DNA of 56,879 bases, taken from the NCBI GenBank assembly GCA_964639785.1, contig CAZXEE010000004.1, positions 1 to 56,879 of the forward strand, given 5' to 3'. This DNA is from an uncultured Gammaproteobacteria bacterium (lineage in GTDB: Bacteria; Patescibacteriota; Patescibacteriia; Patescibacteriales; UBA12465). Under the pieces are notes generated by a model that did no database searches, was not told where the DNA came from, and saw only the letters and a list, made by a program, of their open reading frames with translations. A program made the position numbers and the translations under genes. Positions 1 through 8,235 of this stretch are shown here, piece after piece; position 1 is the stretch's first letter; each line of letters starts with the position of its first letter.

Positions 1-342
1 ATGACGTCAAATCAGCATGGTTCTTACGCCTTGGGCAACACACGTGCTACAATGGAAGGTACAGAGGGACGCCAAACCGCGAGGTGGAGCAAATCCCAAA
101 AAACCTTTCTCAGTTCGGATCGAAGTCTGCAACTCGACTTCGTGAAGCTGGAATCGCTAGTAATCGTAGGTCAGCTATACTACGGTGAATACGTTCTCGG
201 GTCTTGTACTCACCGCCCGTCAAGTCAAGGGAGTCGGCAATACCCGAAGTCCCCATTAGGGGCCGAAGGTAGGGTCGGCGACAAGGACTAAGTCGTAACA
301 AGGCATCCGTAGCGGAAGCTGTGGATGGATCACCTCCTTTCT
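1..342 (+). rRNA. rrs: 16S rRNA, 3'-terminal ~340 nt (partial, continues upstream of the window)
   Basis: Contains universal 16S strings gtgctacaatgg, gaatcgctagtaatcg, ggtgaatacgttc, caccgcccgtca and aagtcgtaacaagg. The anti-Shine-Dalgarno tail ggatcacctcctttct ends at ~342. Track ORFs 1..291(+) and 110..301(-) lie inside this RNA gene. Confidence 0.95.
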
Positions 343-496
343 AGGGAGATAATTATGTTAAGTCATAGACTCCAACATAAAGTCGGTTCGATGGAAATTT
401 TTCTCACAAGAGAAAACTTTTCGCAAGAGAATTACATCGGACTCGAATTGATGCCTGTTAGCCTCATAAATACCAAATTTCAATTTATATAACAAA

Positions 497-524
497 AAGC
501 CGCTGTAAAAGCGGTTTTTTGTTT
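497..524 (+). terminator. Intrinsic-terminator-like hairpin downstream of the 16S rRNA
   Basis: The sequence aagccgc-tgtaaaa-gcggttt forms a stem-loop followed by a T-run (aaaaagccgctgtaaaagcggttttttgttt). Confidence 0.55.
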
Positions 525-564
525 GACTAATAAATTCTTTCTGTTAAACTGGAAGGATAAAACT

Positions 565-635
565 CGGGCTGTGGTATAGTGGTATTACGCACGATTCGGG
601 TTCGTGTAATCCCGGTTCGATTCCGGGCAGCCCGA
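565..635 (+). tRNA. tRNA-Pro (anticodon CGG), no encoded CCA
   Basis: Folded by hand into a cloverleaf. Acceptor stem is cgggctg/cagcccg. Anticodon stem is cacga/tcgtg with loop ttCGGgt, where G37 is typical of tRNA-Pro. T arm is cccgg-ttcgatt-ccggg. Discriminator is A. Confidence 0.9.
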
Positions 636-644
636 CATAGCAAA

Positions 645-678
645 GATACTCTGATTGATCAGGGTATTTTTTGTTTTT
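645..678 (+). terminator. Terminator-like hairpin after tRNA-Pro
   Basis: The sequence gatactctga-ttga-tcagggtat forms a stem (one G-U pair) followed by ttttttgttttt. Confidence 0.5.
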
Positions 679-686
679 ATCGGTTA

Positions 687-715
687 TTGACAAAAAATTA
701 TTATTATTTTAAGAT
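687..715 (+). promoter_or_regulatory. Sigma70-like promoter for CDS 767..1417
   Basis: TTGACA, 17 nt spacer, TAAGAT. Confidence 0.45.
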
Positions 716-766
716 ACTCTGTCATCGTTCTTTAATTAACCTAATATTCACCAAACTTTCTGATAA

Positions 767-1417
767 ATGAAAAATCTCGAAAAAAATCCCGAAAAAAGGA
801 AAAAATGGAACCGGATTAGCATCCTGTTCTTAACTGCTATTTTTATCGTTTCTCTGATACTCTTGGGCTCCAGGGTTATCAAAGTCCAAAAGAAATGTGA
901 TAACTTATCTGACTCTTTGAAAGAGGTTACAACTTTGGTTAAAGACACGATTTTCCCTGTGCTGGCATCGCAGCAGAGCTACGTTCAGCAGTTTAAAGAC
1001 AGCTTTGTCTCTAACACCTATCTGGATGAAAGATTGTCTGGCCAGAAAGTCGAATTAACCTCCTATGTCAATTCGCGCTGCAAGAAGGTTGATAAGCGGA
1101 TAGAAACCTTCCAAAGCAGCCAATCGAACTATGTCAGTTCCTTTACTGACATGTTCAATCTTGAATTGAAGAATGTCAAAAGCAAGCAGGATAGTTTCGC
1201 TAAAGTGACGGCTAAGAATGATCCGCTTTTGATTACGACCAAGGAAAATCCGGTTAACAATACCATTTCTTTGCCGGTTGATACCAATAAGGTTGTTCCG
1301 GTTATCACCAATGACAAGCCGAACCCGCAGAATAATGGAGGAAAGGGAGGACAGAAGAAGTTCCGTTTCGAACGGATCTTTAAGTCCAGCGGTTCCGTTT
1401 CAAAGCCCGGTTGGTGA
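767..1417 (+). CDS. Hypothetical single-pass membrane protein with a coiled-coil-like ectodomain (orphan)
   Basis: ORF of 216 aa. A basic N-terminus is followed by a TM helix (ISILFLTAIFIVSLILLG), a Ser/Gln-rich repeat-like helical region and a basic tail. I recognise no family. The stop codon is TGA. Confidence 0.6.
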   Translation: MKNLEKNPEKRKKWNRISILFLTAIFIVSLILLGSRVIKVQKKCDNLSDSLKEVTTLVKDTIFPVLASQQSYVQQFKDSFVSNTYLDERLSGQKVELTSYVNSRCKKVDKRIETFQSSQSNYVSSFTDMFNLELKNVKSKQDSFAKVTAKNDPLLITTKENPVNNTISLPVDTNKVVPVITNDKPNPQNNGGKGGQKKFRFERIFKSSGSVSKPGW

Positions 1418-1440
1418 TATTATGAATCTGAGATTGCAAA

Positions 1441-1467
1441 AGGGCTGTTAAAAACAGCTCTTTTTTA
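1441..1467 (+). terminator. Intrinsic terminator
   Basis: Hairpin agggctg-ttaaaaa-cagctct followed by tttttt. Confidence 0.6.
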
Positions 1468-1496
1468 TTGGATTTTTGAGGAGAATCAGTCGACCA

Positions 1497-1525
1497 TTGA
1501 CAAATTTTTTATACTATGCTATATT
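1497..1525 (+). promoter_or_regulatory. Sigma70-like promoter for CDS 1657..2319
   Basis: TTGACA, 17 nt spacer, TATATT. Confidence 0.55.
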
Positions 1526-1565
1526 GTTAAGTCAATTTAGGTCGTTGAAAAATAATTGTTTTGTT

Positions 1566-1624
1566 TTATTGGTCCAAGATTCTGTCTGTCATTAGTTTGG
1601 ATTGGCGGAGCCTTGGACCAATAA
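1566..1624 (+). promoter_or_regulatory. Perfect 13-bp inverted repeat (leader hairpin) in the 5' UTR
   Basis: ttattggtccaag (1566-1578) pairs perfectly with cttggaccaataa (1612-1624), leaving a 33-nt loop. It lies between the promoter at 1497 and the ATG at 1657. Confidence 0.6.
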
Positions 1625-1656
1625 ACAGAGTAAAAACAATTAAAAATTCAGATAAC

Positions 1657-2319
1657 ATGGAAACTCCTGAAAAAAACAAAGAAAACGTTGAAACCGTTGA
1701 AAACATTGAAACGGTAGATACTGCTAAAAACCAGAAGAAAGAAAAGAAGTTTGACAAGCCGGCAACCAGCCGCACTTTCTTAAAATTTATGATCTTCTTT
1801 TCCTTCATTATGGTTGTGTTCGTTATCTTCTTTGTAAGAAGCAACAACTCAAGCTTTGCAAAGAAAGATGCGGACTTACAGAAAGGAATTACGCGCGATT
1901 CTGCCCTGATTATCTCCCAGGGTAATGACCTGATTCGTCACGACAGTTTGATTAATGTCCACGGTGATTCGATTGAGGCATTCAGTTTGCTGCTTTCAGA
2001 TTTTGATAGCCGCTTAAAAAAATTGGAAAACAGAAGATCGGGATCCGGCAATTATGTTTCCAAGACTGACCTTAACAAGTCGAATTCCCGTATTTCTCAG
2101 TTGGAAAGCGATGTCAGCGTGCTGTTAGTCAACAACAACTCCACTACAGTAGTTGATAATACTACTACCACCGTGGTTAAGAAGACTGGCAAAAAGAAAA
2201 ATCCTTGCGCTGGCTTATCAGAAGAAGAATGCGAAGAATTAATGGCGCAGATTGAAGCCGACGCTGAAGACGCTGCCGCCCAGAAAGAAGCCGATGCTGA
2301 ATCCAAAGGAGAGGAATAA
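1657..2319 (+). CDS. Hypothetical single-pass membrane protein with a coiled coil and acidic C-terminus (orphan)
   Basis: The track ORF 1561..2319 begins at TTG inside the leader hairpin, so I prefer the ATG at 1657 (METPEKNKE...). The TM helix is FLKFMIFFSFIMVVFVIFFV. The tail is acidic and Ala/Glu-rich. Confidence 0.6.
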   Translation: METPEKNKENVETVENIETVDTAKNQKKEKKFDKPATSRTFLKFMIFFSFIMVVFVIFFVRSNNSSFAKKDADLQKGITRDSALIISQGNDLIRHDSLINVHGDSIEAFSLLLSDFDSRLKKLENRRSGSGNYVSKTDLNKSNSRISQLESDVSVLLVNNNSTTVVDNTTTTVVKKTGKKKNPCAGLSEEECEELMAQIEADAEDAAAQKEADAESKGEE

Positions 2320-2339
2320 TCGAAACTCTCAAAAAAACT

Positions 2340-2369
2340 AAAAGGCATGTAAAAAACATGCCTTTTTTA
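2340..2369 (+). terminator. Intrinsic terminator
   Basis: Hairpin aaaaggcatg-taaaaaa-catgcc followed by tttttt. Confidence 0.7.
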
Positions 2370-2375
2370 TTACTC

Positions 2376-2404
2376 TTGACAAAATATTCTTATTATGATA
2401 TAAT
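2376..2404 (+). promoter_or_regulatory. Perfect consensus sigma70 promoter
   Basis: TTGACA (2376-2381), 17 nt spacer, TATAAT (2399-2404). Confidence 0.6.
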
Positions 2405-2460
2405 TAAACCATTGAAAATGCTAATATCAGGATTAATCTAAACAATATTAAACTTAGGTA

Positions 2461-2489
2461 TTGACATTTTTGAAACAGTATGCTAAATT
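2461..2489 (+). promoter_or_regulatory. Second tandem sigma70-like promoter upstream of CDS 2649..3683
   Basis: TTGACA, 17 nt spacer, TAAATT. Like the promoter at 1497, it is followed by the string aagtcaatt. Confidence 0.5.
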
Positions 2490-2557
2490 AGGAAGTCAAT
2501 TGTCAGAACTTTGAAAATCAAATATCCGTTTCATGGTTTGTATGTTTTCGGTTTTCG

Positions 2558-2606
2558 GAGCAATGTTCTTCATTATCTTTCTAGAAGATGATGAGAAATG
2601 TTGCTC
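2558..2606 (+). promoter_or_regulatory. Long imperfect RNA hairpin in the 5' leader of CDS 2649..3683
   Basis: gagcaatgttcttcattatc (2558-2577) pairs with gatgatgagaaatgttgctc (2587-2606). That gives 20 positions with 15 Watson-Crick pairs, 4 G-U pairs and 1 mismatch. The G-U pairs form only in the plus-strand RNA. Confidence 0.5.
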
Positions 2607-2648
2607 TGAAAATTAACGGAATTAATAATAACGAAAAAACATAACGAC

Positions 2649-3683
2649 ATGAAAACGAGAAATCTTGTAATATTCATGATGGTGCTGCTTTGCAGTGTCA
2701 TGGGCGCGAATGCCCAAACCAAATCCCACACTCCGAAGACGACCAAGTTCGTTTTTGTAAACCACAAAAACGTGTCGATCTTTATCGGAGCCCATTCGGA
2801 TTCGAAAGAAAAATCCGGGTTAACTACCTGGACTGAAATCAAGCCCAACGGGCAGGTCTCCCTGGAAATGTTCGCCGACTCGGTGTATTCACCGGTAGTC
2901 GACATGACATTCAGCAAGTTGGCCTTCCGGCTGACTCTTGATCCTACGAACCCGGCATTGGGTGAAAACTACCTGGAATCTTTCAGCAAGCTGAAATACA
3001 TCATCCATATAGCTGATACGAAAGAAGCAGCTGAAGGATTCATTATTTCAGGAAACAAAGAAAGAGGTATCGGATTCAAAACCAACGAACTGCTCGATAA
3101 CACAACTACTTGTGTTATTAAGAACAATTCCAGTGTGGCGATTACCTTTACTGAACCCGGACACCCATTCTACGGAAAAACACTGGCTTCTAAAGACAGT
3201 ATGAACATTTCTGCCAGCACCAAAAAACAGTTGACATCTACCGGATTCAAAGACAGCAAGATTTCCATCATCATGGCTGAAGGAGACAATGCTATCCCGA
3301 CTGCCAAAACGCTGCCGATCTTCGAAAACTCTTCAGTCGTTATTCTGACTGATGAATTCTTCGATCTCAGTATCCGCGATGCCGGTATGAAGGTTTATCC
3401 TTTGAAACTGCGTTCAAACTCCCCTATCGATGTCACCATCGAAGGAGCTTATGACGCCAAAGGCAATCCTACCGTTTATGTCCTTCCTGGTGGAAGTACT
3501 GGTGAAAAAGGAAAGATCGTTTATGTGAAGTATGGAGAGAATTACTTGAATTTGAAGTATTTCTTCAAAGCTGAAGTTTCCCAGCCGATGCTTGTCAGAG
3601 CAACCGAGCGTGGCACCAAATGGTTGAAATTTTTAGCTTCCGGTCCCAAAAAGGGCACCTTCATTCTCGATGTAGCAAATTAA
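2649..3683 (+). CDS. Hypothetical secreted protein (orphan)
   Basis: ORF of 344 aa with a classical signal peptide, MKTRNLVIFMMVLLCSVMGANA|Q. The protein looks beta-rich and I recognise no family. Codon choice is visibly richer in C/G-ending codons than in neighbouring core genes (judged by eye). Confidence 0.65.
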   Translation: MKTRNLVIFMMVLLCSVMGANAQTKSHTPKTTKFVFVNHKNVSIFIGAHSDSKEKSGLTTWTEIKPNGQVSLEMFADSVYSPVVDMTFSKLAFRLTLDPTNPALGENYLESFSKLKYIIHIADTKEAAEGFIISGNKERGIGFKTNELLDNTTTCVIKNNSSVAITFTEPGHPFYGKTLASKDSMNISASTKKQLTSTGFKDSKISIIMAEGDNAIPTAKTLPIFENSSVVILTDEFFDLSIRDAGMKVYPLKLRSNSPIDVTIEGAYDAKGNPTVYVLPGGSTGEKGKIVYVKYGENYLNLKYFFKAEVSQPMLVRATERGTKWLKFLASGPKKGTFILDVAN

Positions 3684-3703
3684 ACTGTAGAAAAAAGCTT
3701 ATC

Positions 3704-3734
3704 AAAAGCGCTGGTCTAAACCGGCGCTTTTTTA
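3704..3734 (+). terminator. Intrinsic terminator
   Basis: Hairpin aaagcgctgg-tctaaa-ccggcgcttt followed by a T-run. Confidence 0.7.
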
Positions 3735-3746
3735 TTTGTCTTTAAA

Positions 3747-3775
3747 TTGACCTGGCCCAATATTCTTGCTATAAT
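3747..3775 (+). promoter_or_regulatory. Sigma70-like promoter for the MBL-hydrolase/ndk/gyrA gene string
   Basis: TTGACC, 17 nt spacer, TATAAT. Confidence 0.5.
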
Positions 3776-3826
3776 CTAGGTAGGTTTCTAGACCTTCATT
3801 TTTGTTTATGGACTAATATAAATACT

Positions 3827-4471
3827 ATGATTATTACTTGGCAAGGGCATTCCTGCTTTAAAATTCAAGATAAATTAGGTACTGAAGGCTTAACTTTAGT
3901 GACTGATCCGTTTGATAAATCCCTGGGGTTGAAACTCCCTAATTTTGAAGCTGACATCATAACTGTCAGCCATGATCACAGCGATCATAATAATGTCGGA
4001 GCTTTGAGAGGCAATCCTCATGTAGTTAAAAGCGCCGGCGAATATGATATCAAAGGAGTGATGGTTGAGGGAATCATTTCCTATCATGATGAAGCTAAAG
4101 GAGCAGAAAGAGGTTCCAATATTATCTATCGGATTGAAATGGACGATATCACTATCTGCCATTTGGGCGATCTGGGTCATGTTTTGGATAACAAGCAATT
4201 AGAACGTTTGGAGGGAATCGATATCTTGCTGGTTCCGGTAGGGGGTAAATATACCCTTGATGCTAAGAAGGCGGTTGAAGTCATTTCCCAGATAGAACCT
4301 CGGATCGTCATCCCGATGCATTATAAGACTAAGGATGTTAAGGCGGATATCGATGGCGTTGATAAGTTTATCAAGGAGTTGGGTATTGAGGCTAGTTATG
4401 AAGAAAAATTAAAAATAAATAAAAAAGATTTGCCGGCTGAAGATATGGAGCTGGTGATATTAAGCTTATAA
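3827..4471 (+). CDS. Metallo-beta-lactamase-fold metal-dependent hydrolase (UPF0173-like)
   Basis: N-terminus MIITWQGHSCF, HxHxDH motif (VSHDHSDH), later His/Asp ligands (CHLGDLGH, PMHY). Confidence 0.8.
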   Translation: MIITWQGHSCFKIQDKLGTEGLTLVTDPFDKSLGLKLPNFEADIITVSHDHSDHNNVGALRGNPHVVKSAGEYDIKGVMVEGIISYHDEAKGAERGSNIIYRIEMDDITICHLGDLGHVLDNKQLERLEGIDILLVPVGGKYTLDAKKAVEVISQIEPRIVIPMHYKTKDVKADIDGVDKFIKELGIEASYEEKLKINKKDLPAEDMELVILSL

Positions 4472-4475
4472 TTAT

Positions 4476-5081
4476 ATGTTAGAACATCCAAAGAAAGAAA
4501 GGACTTTTGTCATTTTGAAACCGGACGCTATCCAGCGCTCATTGATTGGAGATATTATTTCTCGGATTGAAAAGACTGGCTTAAAATTAGTTGCCGGCAA
4601 GTTTATCATGGCTACCGAAGAACAATGCTGGACTCATTATAATAAGGATGAAGAATGGTTCTTGAAAAAAGGTACTAAGATTGTAGAAAACCGCCAAGCC
4701 ATGGGTTTGCCGGTTGAGAAGGAAGCTATTGAATACGGCCGCGATATCATTGGCGCTTTGGTCAAATTCATGACTTCCGGCCCTATTATGCCAATGATTT
4801 GGGAGGGCAATCAGGCCGTCGGTATCGTTAAAAAATTAGTCGGCGGCACTGAACCGTTGACTTCTGATGTTGGTACTTTGAGAGGTGATTATACTATCGA
4901 TTCTTATGAATTGGCCGGTTTTGATGATCGGGCTGTCCGGAACTTGATCCATTGTTCTGATATACCAGAGGAAGCTCAACGTGAAATCAAGATTTGGTTC
5001 AATGAAAATGAAGCTATTAATTATCGCCTAGTTGCCGAACAGATATTATATGATATCAATCTAGACGGCATCATGGAATAA
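4476..5081 (+). CDS. ndk: Nucleoside diphosphate kinase, long variant (201 aa)
   Basis: Motifs ERTFVILKPDAIQRSLIGDIISRIEKTGLKLVAGKF, TSGPIMPMIWEG and GTLRGDY, with active-site His in NLIHCSD. Extra segments are present relative to classical ~140-150 aa enzymes. Confidence 0.85.
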   Translation: MLEHPKKERTFVILKPDAIQRSLIGDIISRIEKTGLKLVAGKFIMATEEQCWTHYNKDEEWFLKKGTKIVENRQAMGLPVEKEAIEYGRDIIGALVKFMTSGPIMPMIWEGNQAVGIVKKLVGGTEPLTSDVGTLRGDYTIDSYELAGFDDRAVRNLIHCSDIPEEAQREIKIWFNENEAINYRLVAEQILYDINLDGIME

Positions 5082-5091
5082 TATAAAATAT

Positions 5092-5544
5092 ATGGAGCTC
5101 AAAGAAAAAGATAAGTCCCAGACCGGGACCAGTGAAGATCATAAGAAAATCATGATCATCGGCATCACTGTCATTATGATAGCGATTGCTTGTCTTTGGG
5201 CTTTTAATGTTAAGAGCTTCATTAGTCCTTATTCCGAAAAATTGATCAGTTCTGAACAAGAAAAGCTTGATTGGAAAGATGTTAAAGGACGTTTTGATAA
5301 GACGATGGCATCTGTAGTCGATAAGATGGATGAGTTTGACTCTAAGAAGGAAGCGGCAGCTAAAGCGGCTAATGCTTCCAGTAGCTTAAATAACTTAGAG
5401 GATAGTCTGAAGGCTAAGATTGGACAATCTGACTCAACTTCTACTTCTTCCACTTCGAGCTTGATGAGCACTGGCTCCACCACTCGATCGGTAGAATTAA
5501 AAGATAGGTTAGAGGATATCGAGAAAAATTTGCAAAACAATTAA
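5092..5544 (+). CDS. Hypothetical single-pass membrane protein (Ser/Thr-rich)
   Basis: TM helix IMIIGITVIMIAIACLWAF, then a helical segment and an S/T-rich segment. No family recognised. Confidence 0.55.
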   Translation: MELKEKDKSQTGTSEDHKKIMIIGITVIMIAIACLWAFNVKSFISPYSEKLISSEQEKLDWKDVKGRFDKTMASVVDKMDEFDSKKEAAAKAANASSSLNNLEDSLKAKIGQSDSTSTSSTSSLMSTGSTTRSVELKDRLEDIEKNLQNN

Positions 5545-5550
5545 TTTTAT

Positions 5551-8112
5551 ATGGATAAGAAGAAAAAACCAGCTATTTCTAATAACGAAGAGATTAAGAA
5601 TAATCCTGAAACTCCAGAGGAGGTATCTTTGGAGTCTGCTCCAAGTGGAAATACTCGCCGGCAGACTGCTTATGGTGTAGTCGAGACCCAGCCGATTTCT
5701 GAGGAAATGAAGCGGGCTTATTTGGATTATGCCATGAGTGTTATCGTTTCTCGAGCCTTGCCTGATGTTCGTGATGGCTTGAAACCGGTCCATCGCCGTA
5801 TCTTGTATGCGATGTGGGATATCGGCTTGAAAGCTAATTCTAAGTTCCGTAAATCAGCGACTGTCGTCGGTGAAGTTCTAGGTAAATATCATCCGCATGG
5901 CGATTCAGCCGTTTATGATTCGATGGTCCGCCTAGCTCAGGATTTTGCTATGCGTTATCCGTTAGTCCGTGGCCAAGGTAACTTCGGTTCAATCGATGGT
6001 GACAGCGCTGCCGCTATGCGTTATACCGAAGCTAAATTATCTTCCATTTCTGAGGAGATGCTTTTTGATATTGAAAAGGATACGGTTGATTTCGTTCCTA
6101 ACTATGATGGTTCCCATCAGGAACCTCGGGTCTTGCCGGCTAAACTGCCAAACTTGCTTTTAAACGGCACTATGGGTATTGCTGTCGGTATGGCCACTTC
6201 AATCCCGCCTCATAACCTGGGAGAATTGATTGATGCTATCAATCATTTGATTGAAAATCCGGAAGCGACCATTGAAGATCTGACTAAGTTTGTTAAAGGT
6301 CCAGATTTCCCGACTGGAGGCATTATTTATGACCACAAGGATATTTTGACCGCTTATGCCACCGGCAAGGGCGGCATCGTGATGCGTGGTCGGGCCGATA
6401 TCAAAGAGAACAAGCATAATGATTTCCAGATTATCATTTCCGAATTGCCATACCAGGTTAACAAAGCTTCGTTGGTAGAAAAAATCGCTGAGTTGGTAAA
6501 GGATAAGAAGATTGATGGTATCAAGAATCTACGTGACGAATCAGACCGCGATGGCATTCGGATCGTATTAGATTTGAAGAAAGATTCATACCCAAAGAAG
6601 ATTTTAAATAGTTTGTATAAGAATACAGCTTTGCAATCCACTTTCCATGTTAATATGTTAGCCTTAGTGGATGCTATCCAGCCTAAGATATTAACTTTGA
6701 AGATGATCCTGGAAGAATATATTAAGCACCGGGAAGTGGTTATCAAGAATCGGACTCAGTTCGAGTTGAACAAGGCCTTGGATCGGGCCCACATCTTAGA
6801 AGGCTTGATGATCGCTCTCAAGAATATTGATGAGGTCATCAAGACTATCAAGGCTTCCAAGGATAAGGAGATTGCCAAGGCTAATTTGATAAAGAAGTTT
6901 AAGCTGTCTGAACGCCAGGCAGTTGCTATCTTGGAGATGAGACTGCAGAATCTGGCTAACTTAGAGCGCTTGAAGATTGAACAGGAATTAGAAGAAAAAT
7001 TGAAATTAATCAAAGAATTACAATCCATCTTGAAATCAGTTTCCAAGATCCGGTCCATTATTCAGAAAGAATTGAATGAAGTAAGAGAAAAGTTTGCTGA
7101 TGAACGCCGAACCCAGGTTATCGCTCATGGCGTTAAAGATTTTAATATTGAAGACTTGGTGCCTAATGAAGAAACCATGATCATGATGACTCGTGATGGC
7201 TATATAAAGCGGATTGATCCTGGCACCTTCAAGGTCCAGGCCAGAGGCGGCAAAGGCGTTATCGGTCTGACTACCAAGGAGGAAGATTCAGTCGAATTCA
7301 TGTTTACTACTTTTACTCATAGCGACTTGTTGTTCTTTACTACTCGCGGCCGGGTTTTCCAATTGAAGGCTCATGAGGTTCCTCAAGCTTCTCGGACTGC
7401 CAAGGGTACTCCGATTGTTAACTTCTTACAACTTTTAGGCGGAGAAAAAGTTACTTCCACTTTACCTTTGGATAAATTGACCAATAGCAAATATCTATTC
7501 TTCGTTACCGAAAAAGGCTTAGTCAAGAAAGTGGAACTGAAGGCCTTTGCTAATGTCCGCCGTAGCGGTTTAATTGCCATGAAGGTTAAGGATGATGACC
7601 GGCTGATTTGGGCTAAGCCGACTAGCGGTTCCGATGATATCGCCTTGATTACAGCCAAAGGTCAAGCTATCCGTTTCAAGGAGAAAGATGTTCGGGATAT
7701 GGGCCGTGGCGCTTCTGGCGTCAAAGGCATGCGTTTAAAAGGCAAGGACATAGTTGTCGGCATGGGGGTCATCAAGACCGACAAAGAGAAAAAAAGAAGC
7801 TATCAGATCATGACCATCATGGCTAATGGTTTTGGCAAGAGAACTCCTTTGTCTCTTTATAAGGTCCAAGGCCGAGGCGGTAGCGGTATCCGGACAGCCA
7901 AAGTGACTGATAAGACCGGTGATATTACTAATGCTTTCGTGGTTAATTATGACAATATGGAAGCTAAAGATCTAATCGTTATTTCAGAAAAAGGCCAGGT
8001 TATCAGATTGCCTTTCAAGTCTATCAGCGAATTAGGCCGTGATACTCAGGGGGTCAGAATCATGAGATTCAAGGAAGATAAGGACCAAGTTGCGGGCGTT
8101 ACCTGGTCATAA
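5551..8112 (+). CDS. gyrA: DNA gyrase subunit A
   Basis: Motifs [32 protein letters not shown] and [10 protein letters not shown] (catalytic Tyr region). The C-terminal domain has repeated beta-pinwheel blades. Confidence 0.95.
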   Translation: MDKKKKPAISNNEEIKNNPETPEEVSLESAPSGNTRRQTAYGVVETQPISEEMKRAYLDYAMSVIVSRALPDVRDGLKPVHRRILYAMWDIGLKANSKFRKSATVVGEVLGKYHPHGDSAVYDSMVRLAQDFAMRYPLVRGQGNFGSIDGDSAAAMRYTEAKLSSISEEMLFDIEKDTVDFVPNYDGSHQEPRVLPAKLPNLLLNGTMGIAVGMATSIPPHNLGELIDAINHLIENPEATIEDLTKFVKGPDFPTGGIIYDHKDILTAYATGKGGIVMRGRADIKENKHNDFQIIISELPYQVNKASLVEKIAELVKDKKIDGIKNLRDESDRDGIRIVLDLKKDSYPKKILNSLYKNTALQSTFHVNMLALVDAIQPKILTLKMILEEYIKHREVVIKNRTQFELNKALDRAHILEGLMIALKNIDEVIKTIKASKDKEIAKANLIKKFKLSERQAVAILEMRLQNLANLERLKIEQELEEKLKLIKELQSILKSVSKIRSIIQKELNEVREKFADERRTQVIAHGVKDFNIEDLVPNEETMIMMTRDGYIKRIDPGTFKVQARGGKGVIGLTTKEEDSVEFMFTTFTHSDLLFFTTRGRVFQLKAHEVPQASRTAKGTPIVNFLQLLGGEKVTSTLPLDKLTNSKYLFFVTEKGLVKKVELKAFANVRRSGLIAMKVKDDDRLIWAKPTSGSDDIALITAKGQAIRFKEKDVRDMGRGASGVKGMRLKGKDIVVGMGVIKTDKEKKRSYQIMTIMANGFGKRTPLSLYKVQGRGGSGIRTAKVTDKTGDITNAFVVNYDNMEAKDLIVISEKGQVIRLPFKSISELGRDTQGVRIMRFKEDKDQVAGVTWS

Positions 8113-8135
8113 GAAAATACTTGATTTTTGAAATA

Positions 8136-8167
8136 GAAAAACTCAGTCAGACGGCTGGGTTTTTTGT
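8136..8167 (+). terminator. Intrinsic terminator after gyrA
   Basis: Hairpin actcagtc-agac-ggctgggt (two G-U pairs) followed by tttttg. Confidence 0.55.
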
Positions 8168-8235
8168 TTCCGGGCCGATTTGTTTTTATTCGTAAAATAT
8201 GGTAAAAATAGATTAATACATCATAATAATAACAT

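Noticed and set aside
1-301. Track ORFs 1..291 (+, 96 aa) and 110..301 (-, 63 aa).
   Set aside because: They lie entirely inside the conserved 3' domain of the 16S rRNA gene, so they are not protein coding.
1415-1417. Alternative genetic code (UGA as Gly or Trp, as in some CPR and Mollicutes lineages).
   Set aside because: TGA terminates CDS 767..1417 just before a terminator, and all long housekeeping ORFs are uninterrupted under the standard code. The genetic code is 11.
1561-1656. TTG-initiated N-terminal extension of CDS 1561..2319 (MFYWSKILSV...).
   Set aside because: The extension runs through the perfect 13-bp leader hairpin and begins only ~36 nt after the -10 element. The ATG at 1657 gives a normal charged N-terminus before the TM helix.
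636-3830. Direct repeat of the tRNA-Pro 3' end (att site), or an integrase gene, that would define a classical genomic island.
   Set aside because: I could not find a copy of ggttcgattccgggcagcccga or a substantial part of it near the island's far end, and there is no integrase or recombinase ORF. The island call therefore rests only on context and composition.
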